DNA of 64,000 bases from Nibricoccus sp. (GCA_047602425.1 JASGHG010000001.1:1-64000), one strand, 5' to 3'. Numbered from the stretch's first letter, positions 28,676 to 38,724 are shown. A program made the numbers and translations. Notes: generated by a model from the letters alone, not told the origin.

Positions 28676-30073
28676 TCAGAATTCTTGGATCCGTTCCTTG
28701 CCTTCGTACCAGGCGGCCATGTTTAGCACGAGGTAGTTCCAGTTTTGAAAGCCCTTGTTCAGAACCGGCTCGCCGCTCTCGGGCAGATAATATTCGTGCA
28801 GCGCGCCGAAACGCTCGAAGTCGCGCCCGAAGAGCACGATCGTTTTTTCCGCCAATTCGCGGGCGTCCTGCTCGTAGCCGTAGTTCACGAGACCGCTAAA
28901 AACCATGTAGTTTGAAATTCCCCAAATCGGGCCGGTCCACAACGACGGGTTTCCCGAAGCGCGCACGTTGTACACTTTTTCCATCTTCGAGAGGGTTCGG
29001 ATGCCATAGGGCGCGTTGAAGGTTTTTTCGTTGCGATAGTGTTCTTCCACCATCCGCTTCGCCTGCTCGGGCGTCGCAATCCCGGCCCACATCGCCATGA
29101 AACCCGACCAGACTCCGATGCGTTGAATGAGGCAGTCGTAGTCGCGCGGATAACCAGCGTGCAAAATGAACTTAGAATCGCCGCCAAAGGGCCGCGGTTC
29201 GTAAGGCAAAAGATTCAAATCGACGCTGTAGAAAAATCCGTCGCGTTCATCCCAACAGTGTTTTTGTATGCTTTCTTTTAGTTCGTCAGCGTCGCGCCGA
29301 TATTGAGCGCCGATTTCGCCGAGATTCAGCCGTTCGCAAAGGTACACGAGCGCGACGAGCTCCTTGTACATCATGCAATTCAGGTAAATCGAACCCGAAC
29401 TCTTCGGCGGACGCATGTACGTGCATGGATCGTTGTCCACGCCGATGGCCATGTCGTCATTCCAAAAATACAGGCCGGTGGCTTTGTGACGCTGGTGGTT
29501 TTTGTATTTATTGATGAAGGCCTGGAGAAAATAAATTCCCTCCCGCAACCACTCGGCATCGCCACCGTTAAGTTTCGTCAAAAACGCCGCATGCTGCGCG
29601 AGGCAGGGCTTGTGCATGTTGGTCGCGTAGATGTCCTGATTGCCCTTCACTTCGCTGCGCGTGCCGGATTTGCGCTTGAGGATGATGGGAATCCAACCGT
29701 CCATGCCACCGTAGTTGAGATAATTCAGCACGCAGCCCTGTTCGCACTGCAATGCCTTGGTCCGCTCTTCCGCCGAACCTTTCTCCAGGAGGATTTGCCT
29801 CAACGCGACGTTGCTCCACCAGGAATCCCAGTCCCATAGAATGTCGCCGTATTGCTGGCTGCCCGGCGTGAGAAATGGATACTTGAACGCCCCGCCCTGC
29901 TCACGAAACATCCCTTGGTAGTCCTTGTGAATTTGTGCGCGGACAATCGGGATGTATTTAGCCGCGTCATCGGCGCGCTTGGATGGCGTCGCTGCAGGCA
30001 GCGCGCCAGCAAAACCGATTAAAACCGCCAGGGCGGCGCAGGTGGAAGCGGGATTTTTTCGCATATGTATCAC
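28676..30073 (-). CDS. Secreted (alpha/alpha)6-barrel glycoside hydrolase (GH37/GH63-like)
   Basis: Signal peptide, LWDWDS, GVDNDP, WDERDGFFY, WTGPIWGISNY, LHEYY. Confidence 0.8.
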   Translation of the reverse strand: MIHMRKNPASTCAALAVLIGFAGALPAATPSKRADDAAKYIPIVRAQIHKDYQGMFREQGGAFKYPFLTPGSQQYGDILWDWDSWWSNVALRQILLEKGSAEERTKALQCEQGCVLNYLNYGGMDGWIPIILKRKSGTRSEVKGNQDIYATNMHKPCLAQHAAFLTKLNGGDAEWLREGIYFLQAFINKYKNHQRHKATGLYFWNDDMAIGVDNDPCTYMRPPKSSGSIYLNCMMYKELVALVYLCERLNLGEIGAQYRRDADELKESIQKHCWDERDGFFYSVDLNLLPYEPRPFGGDSKFILHAGYPRDYDCLIQRIGVWSGFMAMWAGIATPEQAKRMVEEHYRNEKTFNAPYGIRTLSKMEKVYNVRASGNPSLWTGPIWGISNYMVFSGLVNYGYEQDARELAEKTIVLFGRDFERFGALHEYYLPESGEPVLNKGFQNWNYLVLNMAAWYEGKERIQEF

Positions 30074-30768
30074 TCCAAAATTTCGATCAGCCGTGCAAAC
30101 AGCCGGTTTACGCGCTCCTGATTTTCCTTAACCAGATCCTTGAACTTGCCAAAATCGATCGATGTGCCCTCCAGCCCGTTCGCATAGTTATCCACAATGG
30201 CAAACGAGTTATACCTAAGTCCAAGTTCGGTGCATAAATCGGCCTCGTGCGCCGCCGTCATTCCGACGACGTCGCCCCAGTGTCGAATGATTGCGATCTC
30301 CGCCTTCGTCTCGAAACGCGGGCCCTGCATTTGCACATAGACCTTGCCGCATTGGATCGAGAATTCCGGGATCAAGCGCGAGAGGAGCATCGGCACGAGA
30401 TTGTTCTCGATGCCGGGCGCGCCACCCTTCAGTTCGTCGTCGAAAAACGTCTTCGGCCCCTGCTGCAGGCACACGTAGTCGCTACAAGAAATGATCGAAC
30501 CCGGCGACAGGTCGGGCTTGAGTGAGCCCACCGAGTTGAGCGAAACCACATCCTTGAAACCCAGGTCGGCCAGCGCGCGGATGTTGGCGCGATAGTTGAT
30601 CGCATGCGGCGGTTTTGGCACGCCGTGACCGTGGCGGTTGATGAGGACGTGCTCGCCCTTGGTCTTATATACAACAGGGCCGTGCGCCGTCTCGAGCGTG
30701 CGCACTTCCCACCCGGCAAACAAATCGGAGTTCACGATGCTCGTACCACTGATGAACGCGACTTTCAT
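30070..30768 (-). CDS. MTAP-family purine nucleoside phosphorylase
   Basis: NRHG, PPHAINYRANI, SVGSL, GPRFETKAE, DVVGMT, VDNYANG. Confidence 0.88.
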   Translation of the reverse strand: MKVAFISGTSIVNSDLFAGWEVRTLETAHGPVVYKTKGEHVLINRHGHGVPKPPHAINYRANIRALADLGFKDVVSLNSVGSLKPDLSPGSIISCSDYVCLQQGPKTFFDDELKGGAPGIENNLVPMLLSRLIPEFSIQCGKVYVQMQGPRFETKAEIAIIRHWGDVVGMTAAHEADLCTELGLRYNSFAIVDNYANGLEGTSIDFGKFKDLVKENQERVNRLFARLIEILE

Positions 30769-31014
30769 GGCGACCCATCCAACGCATGGCAGGTTTCGCG
30801 GTCAACGCCTAAGCCGGAACATCGAATCTTGCGCAAATTGTCGAGCGCCAGAGCTGAGGTAAATGGTTCAACCGAGCTGGATGGCGTTCCTGAAAGTTTC
30901 ATTCCAAAAATCAGTCCTTGGGCTTCGTCGACATAAGCTCAACCAACAATCCCGCCCAAGATCGCCCAATTCCCGCTTGCCAATCTAGTCGTTATATCCA
31001 ATTTCAACAGCCCT

Positions 31015-32196
31015 ATGACCACGCAAGCCCCTGGCGCCGCCAGTCTGCATCCGTCCAAGCTCAACATCGAGAAAGAGGGAACATATTTCGCGATTGTCCT
31101 CATTTTCTCGATCCTCGTCTGGCTTGGTCTGCTCATCTCAATTATCGGCATTTTTTATGCCGGCCTTTTCGCGTTCATCGCCTGGATTGGCTGCGGCTTG
31201 CTCACCGCCCACCTGCGTTCGGAAGCTGTTTTGGTCGACGAACGGCAATTGCCTCAACTTCACGCGACCTTTCTTCGCGTTTGCCAAAAACTAAACATCC
31301 ACAATCCGCCAAAGCTGTATGTGCTTCAGGCAGGCGGCGCACTCAACGCGTTTGCCACACGTTTCGCCGGGCGCGATTTTGTCGTCGTTTTTTCGGATAT
31401 GCTCGAAGCCTTCGGACCCGAATCGTCGGAAATCCAATTCATCCTCGGCCACGAACTCGGCCACTTGAAGAGCAATCACATTCTAAAGCGCATCTTTCTC
31501 GCGCCGGGTATTTTTCTTCCGCTGGTCGGCCCGGCGTACCTGCGTGCCTGCGAAAGTTCCTGTGATCGTTATGGCGCCCACGTGGCCGACAACCTCGATG
31601 GCGCTTTGCGCGCTATGCTCACCCTCGGTGGCGGCAAACATAAGGAACAGGCCCTGAATCCCGCCGCTTTTGCCGATCAACACCAGAACGAGCGCGGGTT
31701 TTTTGTTTCCTGGCATGAATTGACGTCGACGTACCCCACGCTTTCTCAACGCACCGCGCAATTGCTCGCTCTGCGCGATCCTCTCTACGGACGCCAAGCT
31801 TCGCGTAATCCGTTCGCATACTTTTTTGCGCTGCTCACTCCGGGCGGTCAGCTCGGCGCAGGCGGGGCCAACGCGATGGTTTTTATCGTGTTCATCGGTT
31901 TCATGGCAGCGATGGCGATCCCGGCGTTTCAGAAGGTTCGTTCAACGGCTCTCAACAAGGCCTGTTATAATAATGAGCTCATGATTAAGTCTGCCTACGA
32001 CCAATGTGAGATGGAGCTCGGAACAGCTCCCACGAGTTTCGATCAGTTCATTGGCCAAGGCAAAATCGTGGAAACGATGCCCGTATGTCCCGAGAAAGGT
32101 GAATATTCCGTCGAGTCCGTGCCCGGCGGGAGTTGCAAAGTAACGTGCAGCATCCACGGCGACGCACGGCCGGCTACAGGACGTTCTTATCGTTAA
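31015..32196 (+). CDS. M48 (HtpX-like) metallopeptidase with a C-terminal pilin-like domain
   Basis: LNAFAT, GHELGH (HEXXH), ESSCDRYG, STYPTLSQR; tail FIGFMAAMAIPAFQKVR...CP.KGEY...CSIHG. Confidence 0.82.
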   Translation: MTTQAPGAASLHPSKLNIEKEGTYFAIVLIFSILVWLGLLISIIGIFYAGLFAFIAWIGCGLLTAHLRSEAVLVDERQLPQLHATFLRVCQKLNIHNPPKLYVLQAGGALNAFATRFAGRDFVVVFSDMLEAFGPESSEIQFILGHELGHLKSNHILKRIFLAPGIFLPLVGPAYLRACESSCDRYGAHVADNLDGALRAMLTLGGGKHKEQALNPAAFADQHQNERGFFVSWHELTSTYPTLSQRTAQLLALRDPLYGRQASRNPFAYFFALLTPGGQLGAGGANAMVFIVFIGFMAAMAIPAFQKVRSTALNKACYNNELMIKSAYDQCEMELGTAPTSFDQFIGQGKIVETMPVCPEKGEYSVESVPGGSCKVTCSIHGDARPATGRSYR

Positions 32197-32222
32197 GCTG
32201 TTTTAACGAACAAACTTTCAAC

Positions 32223-32252
32223 CCGGTCGAGCGCCCATCGACCGGATTTTTT
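32223..32252 (+). terminator. Rho-independent terminator
   Basis: CCGGTCGA-GCGCCCA-TCGACCGG-ATTTTTT. Confidence 0.7.
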
Positions 32253-32323
32253 GTGCCCGGCCTCACCTCCAATCGCCACTTGCCAGCCGCGAAGACCGCC
32301 ACCTAAATCGACCCCTTCAACGC

Positions 32324-33064
32324 ATGACGCAGGCTTCCGCCAAAATCCCGACCCACGTCGCCATCATCATGGACGGCAACGGTCGCTGGGCCAAACAACG
32401 CCACCTTCCCCGCATCGAGGGTCATCGCCGCGGAGTCGAAACCGTCCGCGCCATCATCGACGCCGCTCGGGATCACGGCGTGAAATTTCTCACGCTCTAC
32501 GCTTTTTCGGTCGAAAACTGGAAGCGTCCGCAGGACGAAGTCGCCGGCCTCATGAGCCTGCTGGACTATTTTCTAAAAAAAGAAACGAAGACGCTGATCA
32601 AAAACAAAGTCCGCCTTCTCACGATCGGCCGCACGGATGAAATGCCCGAGGCTGTGCACAAGCGTCTCGCCGCCGCGAAGGAAGCCACTGCACATTTTAA
32701 AGAGCACACCCTCGTCCTCGCGCTCAATTACGGTTCGCGGACCGAAGTTCTCGACGCCGCACGCTCCTACGCGAAGGCCATTGCCAGCGGTAAACAAAAA
32801 CCTGACGACAATTCCTGGGAATCCTTTGCGCGCCATCTCTACACTGCGGACATTCCCGACCCCGATCTCGTCATCCGCACCTCTGGCGAAACGCGCGTCA
32901 GCAATTTTCTTCTGATGCAGGCCGCGTACGCCGAATTCATTTTCACGCCTGTGCTCTGGCCCGATTTTACCAAGGAAGCATTCGCCTCCGCCCTCGCCGA
33001 CTACGCCAAGCGCGAACGTCGTTTTGGTCTCACGAGCGAACAAGTCGCCCCCGCCAAAAAATAA
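32324..33064 (+). CDS. uppS: Undecaprenyl diphosphate synthase
   Basis: HVAIIMDGNGRWA, YAFSVENWKRP, IRTSGETRVSNF. Confidence 0.96.
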   Translation: MTQASAKIPTHVAIIMDGNGRWAKQRHLPRIEGHRRGVETVRAIIDAARDHGVKFLTLYAFSVENWKRPQDEVAGLMSLLDYFLKKETKTLIKNKVRLLTIGRTDEMPEAVHKRLAAAKEATAHFKEHTLVLALNYGSRTEVLDAARSYAKAIASGKQKPDDNSWESFARHLYTADIPDPDLVIRTSGETRVSNFLLMQAAYAEFIFTPVLWPDFTKEAFASALADYAKRERRFGLTSEQVAPAKK

Positions 33065-33082
33065 TCCTCAAGCCACCGGCTC

Positions 33083-33910
33083 ATGCTCAAACGCACCTTC
33101 AGCACCGTTGCCCTCTGGCTGATCATTTTCGGCCTGCTCTATTATTTCGGGGCCGATGGCGCCGTCTGGATCGTCGCCCTTATCACCGTGCTCACCTTGC
33201 GCGAGTTTTATGGATTGATGAAGCACATGGGCTACGACCCGTTCGACAAACTCGGGATGACCCTCGGAGCCACCGTCATTCTGGCGCCGTTCTATTTGTC
33301 GAATTATGGCGTGCAAATTCACACCGTCGATCTCGTCGCCTTTGCCGTCATCGCGTTTTCAGTTCGCATCCTCGGTGAACGCCAACCCGCGAGCCGCGTC
33401 GAGACGCTCGCCGCGTCGCTCTTCGGTCTCATCTACGTGCCGATGATGCTCCAGTATTTGGTACGCATTCTCGCCATCACCGCCCCGCACAAAAATACCG
33501 GTGTCGTTCTTTTCCTCTGGGTCATTGCCGTTTCAAAATTCTGCGATGTCGGCGCACTCCTCGTGGGCACCGCGATCGGAAAACATCGGATGGCCCCCGT
33601 CATCAGCCCTAAAAAAAGTTGGGAAGGCGCCGTGGGCGGTCTGGTTGTTTCCGCACTCGTCGGCGCGGGCATCGCGTACTGGGCTCATGACTACGTGCCT
33701 GTGCACCTGACGCCGCTCGTCGCCGCCCTGATCGCCGTACCGATCGCAGCTCTTGGCATCGTGGCGGACCTCGTTGAATCCATTATCAAACGCCGCGCCA
33801 CCATCAAGGACTCGGGCGCAACCATTCCCGGCATCGGTGGCATGTTCGACGTGACCGACAGCCTCATTCTGACCGCTCCCGCGGCCTATCTTGCGTTCTG
33901 CTTTTTGTGA
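33083..33910 (+). CDS. cdsA: Phosphatidate cytidylyltransferase
   Basis: ISPKKSWEG, DLVESIIKRRATIKDSG..IPGIGGMFD; conserved position in the operon. Confidence 0.95.
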   Translation: MLKRTFSTVALWLIIFGLLYYFGADGAVWIVALITVLTLREFYGLMKHMGYDPFDKLGMTLGATVILAPFYLSNYGVQIHTVDLVAFAVIAFSVRILGERQPASRVETLAASLFGLIYVPMMLQYLVRILAITAPHKNTGVVLFLWVIAVSKFCDVGALLVGTAIGKHRMAPVISPKKSWEGAVGGLVVSALVGAGIAYWAHDYVPVHLTPLVAALIAVPIAALGIVADLVESIIKRRATIKDSGATIPGIGGMFDVTDSLILTAPAAYLAFCFL

Positions 33911-35103
33911 ATCCCATCGTGGTGTCGTCGTCCTCTCCTCGCAAACGCGTCGTTCTGCTCGGCGCCACCGGTTCGATCGGTGAAAATGCCCTGCGCGTCG
34001 TCGCCGCCCATCCCGACAAACTCGAACTCGTCGGCATCGCCGCTCGTTCCAACTGGGAAAAACTCGCGACCCTCGCGGCCGAATTTCGCGTGCGTCATGT
34101 CGGCATCTTTGACGAAACCGCCCTGCGCGCCGCCAAAGATTCCGGCGCGTTCGCCGCCGGCACTCAACTATATGGCGGGCTTTCCGGCCTCGTCGACCTT
34201 GCGCGTCTGCCCGAGGCCGACACCGTGCTCGTGGCCGTCGTGGGCACCACCGGACTCGAACCCGCGCTCGCGGCCATCGAGGCAGGCAAAGCGCTCGCGC
34301 TCGCCAGCAAGGAAATCCTCGTGCTCGCCGGCAAGTTTGTCATGGCCGCGGCCCGTGCGCGCAAAGTCCCGCTGCTGCCTGTCGACAGCGAACACAACGC
34401 CGTTTTCCAATGCATCGAGGGCCATCCGTCCGCCGCGGTTTCGCGCATCGTGCTCACCGCTTCCGGCGGCGCCTTTCGCGACTGGCCGGCCGAACGCCTC
34501 GCCCACGCCACCGTCGCCGACGCGCTCAAGCACCCGAACTGGTCGATGGGGCCAAAAATTACGGTCGATTCCGCCACGCTGGCCAACAAGGGCCTTGAGC
34601 TGATCGAAGCGCAATGGCTCTTCGGCCTTCGTCCCGAGCAATGCCACGCCGTTCTTCATCCGCAGAGCATCGTGCACTGCCTCGTCGAGTTCGTGGACGG
34701 CGCGATGCTCGCGCAACTTTGCCCGCCGTCGATGACGTTTCCCATCCAACATGCGCTGCTTTATCCGCAACGCGCCCCCGGTGTCGACGCGCCGCTCGAC
34801 CTCGCAAAATTGTTCAAGGTGGAGTTCCGCCCGGTCGAAGAAAGTCATTTCCCGATGCTTCGTCTCGCGAAACAAGTCATGCACGCCGGTGGCGTTGCTC
34901 CAGCGATTTACAACGCCGCCAACGAAATCGCCGTTGCCGCCTTTCTGGAAAGCCGCATCCCCTTTCTTGCGATCCCGCGCATCGTCGATCACTGTTTGCA
35001 GACGCTTACAAATTTTGAACCCGCCGCCCTCGCCGATGTCCTCTCCGTGGACGCCGCCGCCCGGCGCGCTGCCCAAACTTTCCTTGGCGCAATGAACAAA
35101 TAA
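33907..35103 (+). CDS. dxr: 1-deoxy-D-xylulose-5-phosphate reductoisomerase
   Basis: LGATGSIG, PVDSEH, LTASGG, HPNWSMGPKITVDSA, NAANE. Confidence 0.96.
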   Translation: MNPIVVSSSSPRKRVVLLGATGSIGENALRVVAAHPDKLELVGIAARSNWEKLATLAAEFRVRHVGIFDETALRAAKDSGAFAAGTQLYGGLSGLVDLARLPEADTVLVAVVGTTGLEPALAAIEAGKALALASKEILVLAGKFVMAAARARKVPLLPVDSEHNAVFQCIEGHPSAAVSRIVLTASGGAFRDWPAERLAHATVADALKHPNWSMGPKITVDSATLANKGLELIEAQWLFGLRPEQCHAVLHPQSIVHCLVEFVDGAMLAQLCPPSMTFPIQHALLYPQRAPGVDAPLDLAKLFKVEFRPVEESHFPMLRLAKQVMHAGGVAPAIYNAANEIAVAAFLESRIPFLAIPRIVDHCLQTLTNFEPAALADVLSVDAAARRAAQTFLGAMNK

Positions 35104-35121
35104 ACCTCCCCGCATTTTCCG

Positions 35122-36591
35122 ATGGAGCTCCTTCACAACATCCTTTCCAACCTCTGGGCCGTCTTTCTCGTTATTTTATTTTTCGGCGGTTCTATCTTCG
35201 TGCACGAACTCGGCCACTTCCTCGCCGCCCGCCGCCGCGGCATGCATGTCGACCGTTTTTCAATCGGGTTCGGCCCGAAAATCTTTTCCTGGCATGGCAA
35301 GGACGGCGTCGAATACCGCATTTCCTGGCTCCCGCTCGGTGGCTACGTCGCCCTGCCCCAACTCGCCGACATGCGTGGCATCGAGGGCGAAACCCGCACC
35401 GACCTCTCCAAGCTTCCGCAACCGAGCTATACCACCAAAGTCATTGTCTCCGCCGCCGGAGCCTTCTGCAATATCGTCTTCGCCTTCGTGCTCGGCCTCA
35501 TCGTTTGGAAAATCACCGGCGAACCCACCAGCAATGAACTCGTGACGACCACCGTCGCCGAGGTCCGCGCCACCATCCCCGACTCCACCGGCAAGGAAGT
35601 CCCCAGTCCCGCCTCGCTGGCCGGTCTCAAGCCGGGCGACACCATTCTCAAAATCGACGGCCGCCCCGTCACTTGGTTCGGCGAAATCGTCGAGGAACTC
35701 GCCCTCAGCAGCGGTCGCACCGATCAAGGCGAACGCCTGACCACTTTCACTATCAAACGGGGCGACCAGGTTTTTGATCTTGCGCTCAATCCCATCCGCA
35801 GCGGAGACGAAAAACTTCGGCGCGTCGGTTTCACCCCCGTCGAGATTATCAAGCTCGGTCCGCCCAAGCCAGGTTCTATTGCCGAAAAAATTGGCCTTCT
35901 GAAAGGCGACCGCATCGTCGCCGCCAATCAAAAAACCACCCTCAGCGTCAGCAGCCTCGTCGAAGAACTCAAACTTCGCATTAAGGGCGCGGTCTCGCTC
36001 ACGGTGGAGCGCGGAGCCGAAACCAAAACGTTTTTCCTTCCTCCTGCGACCGACGTCAAAGAGGCCGCCGATATCGGCATTCAACTTCAATCCGGCGTGC
36101 TCTACACCCACCCGAATCCTCTCCGGCAAATCTATAATGCCGCGATGAAAACGGTGCGCACCCTCGTGGCCTTGGTGAACCCGCGGGCCGATGTCAGCGT
36201 CGCCAATCTGAGCAGCCCGATTGGCATCATTAGCAATTTCTTCGACCTCGCCAAGGAAGGCATGCCGTTCGTGCTTTGGTTCACGATTCTGGTTAATGTC
36301 AATCTTGCGATCTTCAACTTGCTGCCGATTCCCGTCCTCGACGGCGGCCATATTTTGTTCGCCACCATCGCCAAACTCCGGGGCAAATCCCTTCCCGCCG
36401 ATTTCGTGGCTGCGACCCAAAGCGTTTTCATGGTGCTACTGCTCTCGATCATGGTCTACGCCGGCTATCGCGACGTTCGCCGACGCACCTACAGCGGCGA
36501 GGAAAGACCCGCCAAGGCCGCGCCCGCCCAAAACGAGTCTGCCCCCCCTCCCGCGACGCCGTCCACCGCGCCCGCTCCGGCCACGCCATAG
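35122..36591 (+). CDS. rseP: RIP metalloprotease RseP (M50, two PDZ domains)
   Basis: HELGH, FSIGFGP, PLGGYV, NLLPIPVLDGG. Confidence 0.94.
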   Translation: MELLHNILSNLWAVFLVILFFGGSIFVHELGHFLAARRRGMHVDRFSIGFGPKIFSWHGKDGVEYRISWLPLGGYVALPQLADMRGIEGETRTDLSKLPQPSYTTKVIVSAAGAFCNIVFAFVLGLIVWKITGEPTSNELVTTTVAEVRATIPDSTGKEVPSPASLAGLKPGDTILKIDGRPVTWFGEIVEELALSSGRTDQGERLTTFTIKRGDQVFDLALNPIRSGDEKLRRVGFTPVEIIKLGPPKPGSIAEKIGLLKGDRIVAANQKTTLSVSSLVEELKLRIKGAVSLTVERGAETKTFFLPPATDVKEAADIGIQLQSGVLYTHPNPLRQIYNAAMKTVRTLVALVNPRADVSVANLSSPIGIISNFFDLAKEGMPFVLWFTILVNVNLAIFNLLPIPVLDGGHILFATIAKLRGKSLPADFVAATQSVFMVLLLSIMVYAGYRDVRRRTYSGEERPAKAAPAQNESAPPPATPSTAPAPATP

Positions 36592-36604
36592 TTTGCGATT
36601 GGCG

Positions 36605-36686
36605 CTTCTTCCTCTTTATCTTTCTCGTTCTCTTTCTCCGCCGGTTCTTGGGAGAAAGAGGAAAGATAAAGAGAACGAAAAAAGAT
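36605..36686. repeat. 6-nt-period pyrimidine/purine inverted repeat
   Basis: CTTCTT CCTCTT TATCTT TCTCGT TCTCTT TCTCC ... GGAGA AAGAGG AAAGAT AAAGAG AACGAA AAAAGA; the right arm recurs at 60413-60446. Confidence 0.7.
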
Positions 36687-36693
36687 TTTGCTC

Positions 36694-38724
36694 ATGTCCT
36701 ACTGCGCGTCCCGCTTCCAAACCCTGCGTCGTCCCACCCACGAGGTGAAAGTCGGCTCCGTCGGCGTCGGCGGCGCCAATCCGATCCGCCTTCAATCGAT
36801 GACGACCAGCGACACCGAGGACATCGCCGCGACCGTGCGCCAGTCCGTCGCGCTCGCCGAAGTCGGTTGCGAAATCGTCCGCGTTACCGCACCCAACGTC
36901 CAGGCCGCGAAATGCCTCGCCGCCATTCGCCGGGATTTCTCCGCCGCCGGCTTCGCCCATATTCCGCTCGTCGCCGACATCCATTTTCTGCCCTCGGCTG
37001 CGATGGAAGCCGTCGAACACGTTGAAAAAATCCGCATCAATCCCGGCAACTACGCCGACAAAAAGAAATTCGCCGTCCGCGAGTATTCAGATTCTGACTA
37101 CGACGAGGAACTCCAGCGCATCGCCGAGGCCGTCAGCCCGCTGATCAAGCGTTGCAAGGAACTCGGCCGCTCGCTGCGCATCGGCACCAACCATGGCTCG
37201 CTCAGCGACCGCATCATGAATCGCTACGGCGACACGCCGCTCGGCATGGTCGAGAGCGCGCTCGAGTTTCTGCGCATCTGCGAAGCGCATTCGTACAAAC
37301 AGATCATTCTCTCGATGAAGGCTTCGAATCCAAAAGTCATGATCGAGGCCTACCGCCTGCTCGTGGAGCGCATGCAACAGGAAAACATGCACTACCCGCT
37401 TCATCTCGGCGTCACCGAGGCCGGCGACGGCGAAGACGGCCGCATCAAAAGCGCCATCGGCATCGGCAGCCTGCTCCTCGATGGACTCGGCGACACCATC
37501 CGCGTCTCGCTCACCGAGGATTCCGTCTACGAAATCCCCGTCGCTCGCGCTCTCGCCGACAAGGCCATGTCGCTTTGGAAATCCCCAAATTCCAAAATCC
37601 AGCCGCCAAATCCCGCGCACGACAGTCTCGATCCGTTCCATTTCTCCCGTCGCGAAACCACCACGCTCAACCTCGGCCCTTCCTGCAAAGTCGGTCCCGA
37701 ACAGCCGCCCCGCGTCATCGTTCGTTGCCCCTCGGTCGGCGAGTTGCCCCGCACACTCGAACAGCTCGCCACGCCCAAACTCAAAGACACTCCCGCCGAG
37801 GGCGTACTCGTTCCCGTCGCTTCCCCTGCCGACCTCGCGGCTCTGAAATCTCAAATCTCAAATTTCAAGTCGGCTACCCCCTCCTTCCTCGCCCTCGACC
37901 TCGCCCCGGCGCTCGCCCCCGCCGATCTATCTGGCTTCTGGCTTCCGGCTTCTGGCCTCTCTCTGATCCTCCTCCGCCGCTTCACCGTCGCCGAAGCCGA
38001 CACCTTCCGCTCCTGGCTCGCCTTCACTCGCGAGCACAATCACCTCCTCGCCTGCGAAATCGCTCCCGCCGATTTTCCCGCACTCGCCGAAAACTTCCGC
38101 GTTCTCGGCGATGCCAATCTCCTTTTCACGCTCTCGTCCACCTCGGCCAGCCACCATGCCGTCGGTGCCTGGCGTCAACTCGCCGAACAGCTCCGCACCG
38201 CCAACCTCCGCGCGCCCCTCTGGATCCGCAACACCCCCGGCACCGCCATCCAGAATGGCCCCGATTTTCTCTCGCGTCTCCTCGAAGCCTCCATTCTCAC
38301 CGGCACCCTCCTCGCCGACGGCCTCGGCGACCTCGTAAGCATCGAGACCGAAGCCGACTCCATCCGCGCCACGACGCTGGCCTACAACGTCCTTCAGGGC
38401 GCCGGCGCCCGCATCTCGAAAACCGAATTCGTGGCCTGCCCCAGCTGCGGCCGAACTCTCTTCGATCTCCAAACCACCACCCAGCGCATCCGCTCCCAGA
38501 CCGGCCACCTCAAGGGCGTGAAGCTCGCCATCATGGGCTGCATCGTAAATGGCCCCGGCGAGATGGCCGACGCCGATTTCGGTTACGTCGGCGGCGCTCC
38601 CGGGAAAATCAATCTGTACGTCGGCAAGACCTGCGTTCAGTACAACATCCCCCAATCCGAAGCCGATGACCGCCTGATCGCCCTGATCAAGGAGCACGGA
38701 AAATGGGTCGATCCGCAGCCTTGA
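36694..38724 (+). CDS. ispG: (E)-4-hydroxy-3-methylbut-2-enyl-diphosphate synthase, long three-domain type
   Basis: QSMTT, VADIHF, RINPGN, RIGTNHGS, HLGVTEAG, ACPSCGR, MGCIVNGPGE; large internal insertion domain. Confidence 0.96.
   Translation: MSYCASRFQTLRRPTHEVKVGSVGVGGANPIRLQSMTTSDTEDIAATVRQSVALAEVGCEIVRVTAPNVQAAKCLAAIRRDFSAAGFAHIPLVADIHFLPSAAMEAVEHVEKIRINPGNYADKKKFAVREYSDSDYDEELQRIAEAVSPLIKRCKELGRSLRIGTNHGSLSDRIMNRYGDTPLGMVESALEFLRICEAHSYKQIILSMKASNPKVMIEAYRLLVERMQQENMHYPLHLGVTEAGDGEDGRIKSAIGIGSLLLDGLGDTIRVSLTEDSVYEIPVARALADKAMSLWKSPNSKIQPPNPAHDSLDPFHFSRRETTTLNLGPSCKVGPEQPPRVIVRCPSVGELPRTLEQLATPKLKDTPAEGVLVPVASPADLAALKSQISNFKSATPSFLALDLAPALAPADLSGFWLPASGLSLILLRRFTVAEADTFRSWLAFTREHNHLLACEIAPADFPALAENFRVLGDANLLFTLSSTSASHHAVGAWRQLAEQLRTANLRAPLWIRNTPGTAIQNGPDFLSRLLEASILTGTLLADGLGDLVSIETEADSIRATTLAYNVLQGAGARISKTEFVACPSCGRTLFDLQTTTQRIRSQTGHLKGVKLAIMGCIVNGPGEMADADFGYVGGAPGKINLYVGKTCVQYNIPQSEADDRLIALIKEHGKWVDPQP

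Noticed and set aside
30188..30196. Perfect DnaA box TTATCCACA
   Set aside because: Isolated, inside the MTAP coding sequence (IVDN codons) and far from dnaA; probably chance
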